A stretch of 64,000 bases of DNA from Thalia democratica. Its lineage: Eukaryota. The notes under the pieces were generated by a model. That model searched no databases. It was not told where the DNA came from and worked only from the letters and a program-made list of their open reading frames with translations. Both the position numbers and the translations under genes were made by a program. Below are positions 23,822 through 36,200 of the stretch, in pieces (position 1 is the stretch's first letter; each line of letters starts with the position of its first letter). Location of the stretch: the NCBI GenBank assembly GCA_965202585.1, contig OZ241829.1, positions 33,232,001 to 33,296,000 of the forward strand. Direction: 5' to 3'.

Positions 23822-25930
23822 GCTGCCACAGCTCAGATTCGATCAAATAAACAAGTAAAAATTTCCACACAATCAGACTGACTATTTGAAGACTTCAAAT
23901 TTCAAGCCAATTTAGTCACTTTTTAGTTTTTGGCTTGAATTGCTTATTGTATGCTAAAATATCAGGCTAATTTTGGTCACTCGGACTGACTTTTTTTCTT
24001 TAAAGAGTGGCAAATTAAATTTTTGACGTATGTTTTGTTCAATGCAAGTGTTGGTTTGACTTAAAATAAATTTGAAATTTTACGTCTTTCAGCTGATATA
24101 ATTTGAACTATTATTTATACTAATAGTTTACATATAAGTGTGAACATTTAGTGTTGTCAAACAATTCTTGAAAAGCTTGGAATTTGACAATTTATACTTA
24201 AAAAATCTGAAAAAGCCTTGAATTTGAGAATCACACAAAAACCTGTAATTTTAAACAATTTTTACATGTAAAGTAATAAAATTTCGATTTGACACAAAAA
24301 ATCTACCATATAAATATCTTTTTTTTAAACATATTTAAAGTATCTTAACAGTATCTTTTAATTTTTTTTTATTGTTTAAGACAGTTTTTTGTGTACCTTT
24401 AACTTAATTATATACTAAAATTAGAAGCAAAAAGTTTTACTTTTGAAAACATTAATTGGTGCATTGCACCTTTGCTTATAAAATGTACTTATCTACTGTT
24501 GTGCTTTAACTACACAAATATAATATATATATATATATATATTTATATAAATATATAAATCCTTCTAAAATTACAAAATCAGTAATACCACCTGTAAAAA
24601 AAGCTCTAAAATTAGCAATATCTATTGTTTTAGTTCTCGCATCTTAACAGATTGACTTTAGTCCTAATTTGGTTTATGCGGCTTTATAATCTTTAGACAT
24701 TTCCTAAACACGACTTCTTCTTGATATTAAGGAAATAAATTAAAATATTTTACTAATGCAAAAACAACTTATTTAAATAAGTTTTTAACTTTCAATGGTA
24801 TCTTTTTTTAGTAATTACTTTTGCTACTTTATAACTTGTCTAAAAAGTTTTTTCTGATCAGTCTGTAGTAACTAAAAATAATTATGTGCGTTGTTAAAAC
24901 TTTGTTTAAAATGTTTAAAAACTTAATTGTCCATTCAAGCTGAATTACAATAGTTTTTTTAATTATAAAATTAATTCATTGTTAATTAACTTCGGTATTT
25001 CTTTATTTTGTAAACTTTATTTTAAACAGGGTTGCCAAACAATAAGGCTAGTTTAATTCTTTTATTTAAATTTAGACTAGGTTAAAGCTGTTTAAGAAGT
25101 TTTCATAAAACTTAGGTATATCTAAAACTTTTATTTAAAACACTTTGAATAAATCTTCGAATTCTCAGAATAGTTTTTATCACTGTAGTGTAGTTTAATT
25201 ATTGTAATTTTTGTCTATTTAAGTATTGTGCTTTTTATAACAATGATATTTTAGTTATGTATTTAAGCTTGATTTACAGAAAATTGTTAGATTTTCAACT
25301 TTTAGTAAACTTTAAATATAATTTAGACATTTTTTATTTAAAGTCGCAACCGTGTAAAAGACTAATTAATTACTAACAAGGAATTTTATTAAAGTATTCC
25401 AGCATTAATTATGCTATAAATTTTGATTTAGCTTATCTACAGTATAAATAGTTATTAATTTTATTTAATTAACTAATTACTGAATTAATAGTGTAAACTA
25501 TTTAAGGCGCTTTAACAAGTTCTAAAGTTAACATTTTTTTAAATATGAACAGCTGGTTCATAACATAAAAAAAGTATAAAAGTGACCCATAAATGTTTTT
25601 CAAGCTCGGTTTTTATAGAGAGTTAGGTTGTATTTAAAATAATAAAAGTATTTAATTAAGTTTTAATTTAAGTACATATTTTATTAAGACTTGAGTATAT
25701 TAAACAATGTAAATTCCATTACAATAGATATTTATATATAAAATAGGCATTCTATGTGTAGATAAAAGTCATTTGAAGTAACTAAGTGATTAAAAGTAAA
25801 ACTATCTCTGGTGTGACCAAAACTAAAGCCAAAAGATTATTAAAACATCACTAAAACTAAAAATGTGGCCCGCGAAGATTTTGAAAACTTGAAATTTGGC
25901 CCACGAGCACCAACTGCCTGCCGACCCCTG
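22794..25930. mobile_element. Non-autonomous hAT (Buster/Charlie-like) DNA transposon, 3,137 bp
   Basis: TIRs CAGGGGTCGGCA / TGCCGACCCCTG; perfect 8-bp TSD TTCTAAAC at 22786-22793 and 25931-25938 with central TA; clustered subterminal GCGGCCCGC motifs; no transposase ORF. Confidence 0.93.
23789..23818. repeat. (TA)n microsatellite inside the hAT element
   Basis: About 15 TA units. Confidence 0.85.
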
Positions 25931-27479
25931 TTCTAAACTAACATGTTCTTGTCTTGCTGTAAATTTGTATAAACTAAATTTGTACATACAAAAACTAACT
26001 ATTAATTGTACATTGCTAGGAGAGCTTACTATAATTAAAAATATGTAAATAAGAAGAAGCTTATTTTAGCAAGTTACTCTAATAGAATAAACAGCTTTGT
26101 GCATATTTAAATTATTTAAAAATGTGTACAATAAGTAAGTTAATTTATAGTTCATATCATTTTGATATAAACTTTAAATCAGTAATTCTGAATGTAAGTT
26201 TGTACTAATTGAAGCTATGAATTCAAAAACTGACTACTATGTCTGTTGAACATAAAGTTAAAGACCATTTTTGAGCCTGCCACGATCCATCGCACCTGCC
26301 GTTTATGTTCGCATTCTTAATGGGGGTTTAGCGTGCAAAGTTACGCGACAGGCTAACTAGTACACTTTGCTCAACTAATTGTTAATTATTCTGGCTTTTG
26401 CTACTACTTTGTATAAAAGAGTTCAGTTTAGCTTTCTTTTAGTTTCTAATTGTTTAGTTGCATTTTAATAATCTTTAAAAAAGAAGAAGTGCTAGTGCAA
26501 AAACTAGTTTTACTAAATCCTCAGTTCATACAAACAGAGCAGTTTTTATTGTGACGTAACTATTCAGTTCCCTTAAAGGTTTCGCGTTTTATACGAAAAA
26601 CAAAAGCTTATCATTTAATATGCTTCGAAAGACCAAGACTACAACAACTTTAATCATTGAAGAACATTTAAATTTATGTTAGTTTTTTTTTGTTTTTGTT
26701 GATAAGTTAACTTAATATTAAATAACTCTGCTTATACCAACTTTTAAAACTATTGATAACTCTATTCAGTTATGTTATAGTTATAAATTCATGTTAAAAT
26801 ATAAATTAACATTTTAATAACTACTGAAGTTCAAAAGTAAATTTTAATTTAAATGAGAGATTCTAAGGAACAATAAAAAAAAATAAAACACTTTTATAGT
26901 AATTTCCTAACAAACTTTTTAGCTAGCGTTTAACATTATGTAAAATAGCTTTATTTTTGTTTTGTAACATAATTATTTAATGGAATCCATGGTAATTACC
27001 TTTACTAGTTTTGATTTTTTTTTGCTAACTTGTAGTTGTAAATGAGTAGACTTGTTATACTAACCACTGACGTTCTAAGAAAAGCAACTTATGTTAAAAA
27101 TCAAGCTTATAACATAAGATGATTTTAAAAATAAACAAACAACATAAAGTTAGAATAAATAACTAAAATACGCAATTTATATTTTAAAGTAGTAACTCCC
27201 GAAATCTTATAAAGCTGTTCATAGTAGGTAACAAAATAAAAAATCATTATTAAGTGTATTGTTTATTGATTATGTTTTTAATATAAAAACTAATACTTGG
27301 TATCCAAATTTCTTTATAACTAAACAATAAGTTAGAACATGTAAGGAAAAACCAAAAAAAAAACCTTTCTTAAATGAGTTAAAGTTAACTTAAAACCCAT
27401 TCTAATTATTCTAATTGCTCACCAAATATTAAGTAAATAGTAAAATATTCTCAGGTTTTTTACTAGAAAGTATAAATAG

Positions 27480-29250
27480 TTATAAAGATATTTGTATTTT
27501 TGAAGGCATTGATATGACTATTTAAATGAAAAAGTTGCTTCAGTGAAAAGTTACTTAAATCAAGTTAATGGCTTTTGTCTTACAAATCTCATCAAAGTCC
27601 CAACTAGAATTAATACTTCTGGAGGTACATTGATAGACCATTTATATTGGTCAAAACTAGAAAAAATTCTTCATTCCCAAGTTCTTTTGTCAGATTTTCA
27701 GATCACTTTCTCCTTTATATAAAACTAAAAATTGCAATTTAATGAAAAATAACCTCAAAAACATAAACCAATACTTTCAAGACTTTTCAATGCATACTAA
27801 AAAACTTTTAGCAGGTGCTTCAGTTACTTTTAGCTAAAAAAGCTAAAAAATTATTCAATCTGAAGTTCTAATGATACAAAGTTTTTTAACTTAATAGGAA
27901 AATTAAAACAGATAACCTACAAAAATGTTCCAAATAATTTTATAATTGTTTATTAAACGAACAAAAGCGCTCAAATATTTGGTCCAAGGACCTCGTGTAA
28001 GAAAAAACCTTTCGGTTATCGAGTCATACACCAGGATACAGTTTAAAGTCATATCCAGGACAATTACTAATAAAACAATCAGTTAAAAAAAATAAAAAAT
28101 GAAAGAAAACAAAATGAATAAAGTATAACTGAAGGATAAAATACTAAATTATCCAAAGCCTACGGAGTTGAAATCAAAACCTTGAATAACTACAGCAATA
28201 AAACACAAAAAAATATAAAAAATCTCTGAAATAATAATTTTAATAACCCAATTAAAGTTCAAGAGTACAAAAAATAAAGAAACAAATTTACATAAATTAA
28301 AACAATGTCAAAAAATGCATACTATGAAAACATGCCCAAAACCTCTTATATACATCCAAAACTTGGAGATTGATAAATAAAAAAACCAATAGGAAAAACA
28401 CAAGAAAACCAACTCCCACACCAGCTAGATATAATAAAAATTCTTTTACCATACCGATTGAAATAGTTAATAAACTAAATATTCTTTTTGCTAATATTGG
28501 GTTACAAACTTAAACAAAAAAAAAGTGATATTCTAAACTCAGCTAATAAAATAAATATTGCCAGTAACAGTTTTTTCTGATTAGATTTAAGAGAAATAGA
28601 AGTATTAAACATTATAAAAAACTTAGATTCAAACAAGGCCAATAATTATGATAGTATCTCAATTTAGATTCTTTAAAAAGTAAACACTTTTGTCTCTAAA
28701 GTTGTAAGTGAATTTATTAATCAAGCATATTATCAAGGTAAGCATCCAAATAGTCTAAAGATAGCAAAAATTATTACAATATTTAAATCAGGATGAAAAA
28801 AACTACCAGGTAACTATAGGCCAATCTCATAACTATCTAAGTTAAATAAAATAATTTAAAAAGTAATATACTTATTTATATAAAAACAAATTGTACAGTA
28901 ATATTCCTTTATTGTACCAACATATGTTTTTGTGTGTTAACGAGTCAATACACTTCAACTTATTTATATTACAGTTATTTAACTAGGATCTTTTGTTAGC
29001 AAACGATTAAACCTATATTTTGAACAGTTATTTTTATTTATATCGATTTTTTACTGAGGTCCACTCTACCATCATGACTTTATCTGAGATTGTAGAAGGG
29101 GTTCTCAACAGTTTTGATAAGGGAGAAGCAGTATGTGCGGTTTTACTTAATTTAAGTAATGCGTTTGTCAGTATTAATAAGACAAACCTATATATTAATT
29201 TAAAAGACCAAAGCCATCTTTAAAGGTTCCAGGAAAAACTGAAGGATAAT
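27480..29250 (+). mobile_element. Decayed LINE (CR1/L2-like) ORF2: endonuclease end and RT fragments
   Basis: LIKVPTRINTSGGTLIDH; LDSNKANNYDSIS; PNSLKIAKIITIFKSG*KKLPGNYRPIS; HSTIMTLSEIVE..FDKGEAVCAVLLNLSNAF; many stops. Confidence 0.85.
27945..28060 (-). repeat. Short dispersed repeat family, copy 4, inserted in the LINE
   Basis: Reverse complement matches the 18662-18785 copy. Confidence 0.8.
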
Positions 29251-30039
29251 TTATTAAATGATCAACTAATTAAATAAAGATTACATAAGAAGAACAGGGA
29301 TAATATGCTTATATTTATCAGAAGTAGATTAGTATTTGTAGTTCATCTAAGTAGTATTTATATATTTTGAGTCTGTTAATTGGGTTTCAATAGCATTGGT
29401 CCAGTCTAGATTGTAGAAAGTTGTTATATGTTTTTTTAAGGTATTTAGTATGTTAGTGTATAAGTAAATGATTTTATTATATGATCTTTATTTAATCTAT
29501 GTAAAAAAACTTAAAAATCTCTATATACTTTAGTCAAAAAAAATCTGATAGTTTTAAATAAAAGCATATATTTAATTTTTAGTTTTTTTTAGTTTAACCA
29601 TAGTTTTTTTTTGAAGGTTATAGCTTATTTTTACTATTTTTTTTAACATTACTACTTTATTTTGTTTCTTTAAATGTTATAGCTTAATTTCTTTTTTTTT
29701 CACAAGTTGATAGTAGAATCCAAATTCTTAAACATCCAACTCTTACAACCTAAAATTTATTTGTTTTTAAAACATATAAAGTTGATAAAAGGTTAAATTA
29801 TTAGCTAAAATTGTTGATAAGTTTTAAATTTAATAATTTTTCAGATTAAAACTTACCTGTTAACGAGTTCAATATACATTTTACGTTTCAATAACTTTAG
29901 AGTTAGATACTGTTATATACAATTATTTTAGTTTTTTGGATATTTTAATAAGAAAAATTTTTAATGCTTCAATTTTTTCGTTTTAGAGTGTAAATTTTGA
30001 CAGTTAAGTTATTTTATTATAGCTTAATATAATTTTGTT

Positions 30040-30145
30040 TAAAGCTGAGTATGCCAGTTGATAACCGAGAGGTCTTTTTGCGCACCCAGGTCCTTGGACA
30101 AAGTTATTTTTTGAGCATCTTTTTGTTTCGTTCAACAAACATTGT
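30040..30145 (+). repeat. Short dispersed repeat family, copy 5
   Basis: TTGATAACCGAGAGGTC..CAGGTCCTTGGACAAAG..GAGCATC..TTCGTTCAACAAAC. Confidence 0.75.
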
Positions 30146-30221
30146 TCACTAATGAAAAATATATATAATTAAAAAACAATTTATTAAGATAAACAAATCA
30201 TATATTAACAAATATTGCAGA

Positions 30222-33200
30222 ATGAAGTGCTCTCCTTGCCATCTAGTTGATGTTGTTTGGCAAATAATGTTAAGTGAGTAAATTTACAAATTATTAACTG
30301 TTATTTATCAAACGAAAACTTGAAAAATAGTAGAAATCTGACGGCATTGACTCTTAAATTGATGTAACCGCTGTTTTGTTTCTTTAAAATCTTGATGTTA
30401 TTTCTAATTATATTCAATTTTAAAAATAACACGTAAAAACAACATGTAATAATAAATTTAATTTTAACAAAGTGAGTTTAGCATTTGACATACTTTTGTG
30501 AAAAAAAAGTTTTGTTTATTTTGTTTTTTTTAAAGTGTGTAGCACGCCACCACTGCCGTTAAATAACGGAAAAGTGAGCGGCCCGAGCCAGCCAACTGTC
30601 GGGTCAAACTACACTTACAGCTGTGATTCTGGTTATTTGCTGAGCAAGAATTCACCAAACTACGTCGTTTGCACGGTAAACGCTACTTGGAGTTTTCAAA
30701 ATGAAAACAAGCCTGTTTGTGTCCCCAGTTAGTTTAGCTTCAATAAAATTTTCTTTATTTTTTTGCATATTAACTAAGAGCCTACTAAATTTTTGTGTTA
30801 AGGTCGCGTGGAGCATTAGAGCAGATGCTCCACCTATAATAAATTATTATAATGTTATAAAACTTATAAAACTGTATTTCTTAAAAAACTTGTTTTACCA
30901 ACAACTTATTATAACTTTATCTTACTCAAGTTTTACATAAGGTTTGATCTTACCGATTCGATCATCAGACCACAAGCCTTCGGTAGACTGAGGCCGGTTT
31001 CGTCCTTATTAGGACTCATCAGTCAGCCAAAACAGAAAAACTTGCAGTCGTCAATATACAAACGGTTCATCGCGCTTTCGCATCAGTGACGTCAGCATTG
31101 TCTTTTGTCGTGCAACATTTAATACATTGTCCACTAGGCAAGACAGCTGGTACACTCGTATTGAATACGATCAACGAAAACATCGGCCAAAGTATACAGA
31201 GCCTAAGCCTGAACTATTTCACTGCATACGAAAGTCTAGGCTTGGGCACTGTAGACTTTGGCTATATTAGTTTAAAAAAGTACTACAAAAAGGGGTGTTT
31301 TCAAATATTTAAATGTTTCCCACTTCTAAAAAAGTACAACACCTCGCCACTGGTATTACTCACCTCTTTTTTTGTTTGAACTAAATAAAAATGTAAAAAC
31401 TAATAGGTTGCAACGCTCCTCCTGCACTGAACTACGGCAAGTATTTAAATGAGACGTTGAAATTTTATGAAAAGGAAGAAGTTATCAGCTATACATGTGA
31501 TTTTGGCCCTGATAATTTTGTTGGTTTTATTAAGTGTGGTGTTGGTGGCTGGAATAGGATTCCTTTCTGCCCAGAGTATGAGCTAGCAGGTTTGTTTTTT
31601 TTTTTAATTCAGCATTTAAAGATGGCAATCACGTTTCATTGTCATTAAGTATTCAATAAAAAAAAATGTCAATTGAATAATTGAAACTTGACAAGCACAA
31701 AAGATATGTCAAATTATCCGATAAAAATTTTAATAAATGTCTAAATTTAAAAAAAATGTATAATATTGATTGTCACAGTCTAAACAGGATAAATTTCATT
31801 AATTCAAATCATCCTATTTTGTAAGGACTATAATTTTTTAGATACCAGTATGTCCCAAAACGAATCACACTAAAATTTGAAATTTTAAAACAGTTATTTA
31901 AATGCCAAGTGTCAAAAACGATGATAGCTTTATTAAAAACTAAAACGATTTCTGAAAAACTAGTCAAATATAACCACACGCCGCAAATATTTGCAACTAA
32001 ACTTGTTTCAGAATGCAAGTCCCCACCGGAAGGGATTTTTTCGAGCTGGCAAACGGAATATTATTTCGAAGAATTGAAATTTTACAGTGGCATGCAGGTG
32101 ACTTATGAGTGCAACGATGCGTACAAGTTCAAGCCCGACCAGAAAGAAGTTTTGAATTGCCAATCGGACGGCACGTGGAGCTCCTCTTACGCCCCCGAGT
32201 GTGCACAAGGTTTGAGAATATTTTTATGGAGGATACAGTGGGTTACATTTTCATTTTTAAATATCTTGATTTTAGACTTTTGTTTTAGAACTTGGATACT
32301 GTTTTAGAATTTGAGGGTGTGTTCAAAATGAAATTTTGTATAAACGAAAAGTAGAATTTTATTAATAAAAATCTTATTTTAAATTAATCTATTTTCTAAT
32401 TATCATAATCGTTTTAAAACCCAAAAGTTTAAAGTTGAATAATCCCGTACAAAAATAGAAAAAACAGTCTACCTTACTAAATTTCTTTTTCAGCTTTTTA
32501 ACTTATCAATCTCATTCGTTTTCAGTCTGTGAACTGCCGCCGTTTATAGAGAAAGGAGTGTGGAGAATAGACTCGCGTGGAAACTCTATAGCCAACAGCA
32601 TCATTTATCAGAGGCAGGTGTTCTACGTTTGCTACAGCGGCTACTCGTTCCAGGATGGTACTCGCACAACTATTGGATGTTTGTTCGGAGTCGGATGGAA
32701 ATTTAAAGAGTTGCCACAGTGCTTGAAAGGTTAAAAGCTTTAATAATAAGACACAGACATTTGTAAGTATATTTTGTATTTAAACTTGTCCTTAATATTT
32801 TAAATGTTACTTCAAAATGTTTTGATTTAAAATTTTTGAACCGTGTACCTTAGTTTTTTAGATGTAAAATCCTAGTTCTTAAGTCACTGACTTTTAAATA
32901 TATATTACAAAAATGTTGTCTGTAAGTTTTTATGTATGATTTTTTTTGTTTTTTTTTTCGCTATATAAAAATGTAATCAATACATTCAAACTATTTCAAG
33001 TTGTGTAAAAAATATTGGACTGTTTAGGTTAATTGATCATTTAGAAAATATGGTTTCTTTTTGTAGTGTTTTTATTTTGTTTTTGGAAAAAAAAAAGAAA
33101 CTTAGCTTCATATTGGCAAAAAAAAGAAAACATTAGGTTTTATAGTACATAGTACCTGTGTTAATATAATACTTACTCTAAACAAAAAGAATAATGACAT

Positions 33201-36200
33201 TGTTAAAAGTTGTATTGTAGATTACATAAACTTTAACAGGATTTTGACTTGATTATATTAAAGTAAGAAACTAATTTTCCAAATAAGTCTTATAGTAGTA
33301 AAAATATAGTTTTATATATAACATTTTACAAAGTTAACAAAACAGTTTTCTAAATATGGTCTCTTTAAAATTCTAAGAAACAAAATCTGAAATGTAACTG
33401 GTTTTCTTAAAAATTGTTTTTCTTTTAGCAATATGCTGTTGTAGAACATAGTCCAAAAGAAGTTCACATTAATAATGTATAACGAAAACATAATAAACAT
33501 TACAAAGTATTTAATTACCGAATGTGATAGTATTTAGGTATATTTTATAGTTAAACAGTTGTGTATATTTACCTTAAAATTAAGCAATGTACCAAGTTTC
33601 ATCTTTAGACATTATATGTAACTTCTTATACTGACTTGAAAATTTCGCAATCTCCTAAAGTTCTCACAATGGTTTCCAAGTTGTATTAATTAAATGATTG
33701 TAACATAAGTGCAAACTAATATTTATTCTTTACCAGGTTTCGTTGGTTAAAAAATTACGACCTTGTCAAATATAATACAGTAGTAAACTAAACTTATCAA
33801 TGTTGCTTATCTAATTTAGTATTGAGAAATAACATTGTTCCTAAAGCATAATTTACGAAGCAAAATAACTTCAACTTAAAAGTAAGAATGTAACGAAAAC
33901 CCAGAGGTGGCAAGGCAAACTTTTTGTTAAAAAAATATTTATATTTACTTCAAAATTTAGCAATGTACAAAGTTACTTCCATAAAAGATATTAATGTTGT
34001 AAAAGGATAAGTCATCAAACATAGCAACTAAATCAAACTCAAAATTCAGAATGCAACGAAACACCAGAGGTGGCAAACACTTTGGCGCCAGTCAGCTTAA
34101 CCGAAGTCTTCAGTTCAAAATCGCTACGGTTGAGCGGTTCTGCGTTGCAGTACGTTTGTAAGAATAACTACAGACAGGAACATAACGTCACGATTTGTGG
34201 CGACGAAGGAGAATGGACTCCAACTGTTCGATGTTACAGAGGTACAATTTACTAATATAAATAAACCTTACTCAGTTGCTACATTTTTGAATGAAAATAT
34301 GAGTATGAAGTAAATACTTTTTTTAATTGAGACTTGCTGAATTTTTGATGAAGTCTAATGCTTGAGTAATCAAAAATAGTTGATCGAAAATGCTGAATAC
34401 GAATTGTAATTTATACTTTAACAAAAGTTTTTAGAAAATTTCTAACAAGCTTATGAAATCACAAACTATGTTTTAGACTTAGTTGTATAAATTTAATACT
34501 TTAAAACATTGCTAATTTAATTTCCAACTATAAATATAATAAGTTTATTAAAACAATTTTTTTATTTTATTTATTAATTTTTTTTTAATGTTCAACCCAA
34601 TTAAAGATTGTGGCCCTTCTCCGATTGTCCCAAACTCCATTAAAAGGTCAACCGAGTTCATTGGCGAGGGCGGAGTGAATGTGGAGTCTGTAGTTGAATA
34701 CGAGTGTGCCGAAGGTTACTTCAAGTTTCCATACTCGAAATCGAACCCTGCAATCTCTTATGAGTGCCAAGTTGCCGGATCCTGGCCCGCTGTCACGTTC
34801 CAGTGCTTAAAAAGTAAGATGGAAACTTTTCAAAGTAGAGTAAAACAAAAACGCTTGAAAATTTTTTATAAAAAAGCATACTATTCTTGATTTATATAAA
34901 CTCGATCTATTAAAAATAGTTATTACCATTTTGTGATTTTACATCTGCTTATTTAATTAAAATAGTTTTGTGGTGCTCATAAAAGTAGTCATGCATTTAG
35001 ATGTTACTAGGTTTTGTTTCATTTTAATTTTCAATGATACTTAAAAACATACTTGAACCAACGTAACAGAAGAAGATTCAAATGATAAAAAATGTTGTAT
35101 ACAGAATGTCCAGACGTGGAAATGACCACTGCCTTGACGGTAGACACGCACTATCGAGTGGACGAAAACCTCAATTACTTGAGCGGTACGATTTTGAAGC
35201 TTTCATGCGAAGAAGGCTACTCCCTTAACAAACCAGATCTTTCCACTGTGGAGTGTTTGGAAGTTGGAGCGTGGAACTCTTCCTTCCCAATCTGCCTGGA
35301 ACGTTTGTTTTTGCTTTAAAGAGCGCAATAATAATCTTAAAAATTGCTTAATTTAAAAAATATTTGTTTCATGTGTTAAAGTTTATTCTTAACTGTATTT
35401 AAATGTTCGTTTAGTAAGAGACATAAAAAATAAGATTCACAACAAAACAATTACTCAACAATGATAGTAAACTAATAGATAATAACAGTTATTTAAAAGA
35501 CGCTCTAAACAATTTTTTATTTTTAAGAGTGCTCTTCTATTAAAGACCTTTTGAACGGGAAGATTGTGACTGTCAATCAGTTGCGTCCCGGGCTGCTGCT
35601 CGAAAATGACGTCATCAGATACGATTGTGACGTACCATACGTCTTTCATGCGGGCAGCGCTGGTGATTACACTTACAAGTGCCAGGGAGGCAGCTGGAAC
35701 TCAACAACCAGCCCAATATGTATTAAAGGTGTGTCCACTGCAGTTTGTTTTTATCAAATTGTAAAAATCGGAAGCTTTAAAACTCTTTAAAAATGCTTTA
35801 TTGTCAAGCTTAATTTTTTAAGATGTTGACGGAAAATAAAAGCTTTGAGAAGCACTATGTCACATTTATTTAGAAATAAGCTTTATTAAGAAGTTAGTTG
35901 AATTTTTACAATCGAAATCTTCTAATAACAGAATGTCCTCAACCACCCAAAGGCGACTTCGTTACATCAAGCATTGAATTTAGTCACGTGAAAGGCAACT
36001 ACTTCACATACACGAGAGTCAAGTATGCATGCGATGAAGATCACGGATTGGTGTGGTCCGAAGAAGACGTGTTGACTTGCGGGTCAGACGGAAATTGGAA
36101 CTCCGACCGCGCTCCAATATGCGGACCGAGTAAGTTGTTTCTTTGGTATTTGAGTAAAAACAATATTTTTAAAAACACTTAAAATTTGACAGTGACTGCT

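Noticed and set aside
26400-26680. Possible promoter and first exon of the Sushi gene (TATAAAAG, TGACGTAA, ATGCTTCGA..)
   Set aside because: The putative exon gives an immediate stop when spliced to 30221, and the motifs are too common to support a call.
30941-30970. CTGATGATC..GATCAAAC next to hammerhead 3
   Set aside because: It lacks GAAA and a valid 10.1-11.1 pair; at most a decayed remnant.
31200-31262. Second hammerhead-like fold (CCTAAGC-CTGA..GAAAG..GCTTGGG) on the plus strand
   Set aside because: The core reads CTGAACT rather than CUGANGA and stem III is not formed; it is a hairpin only.
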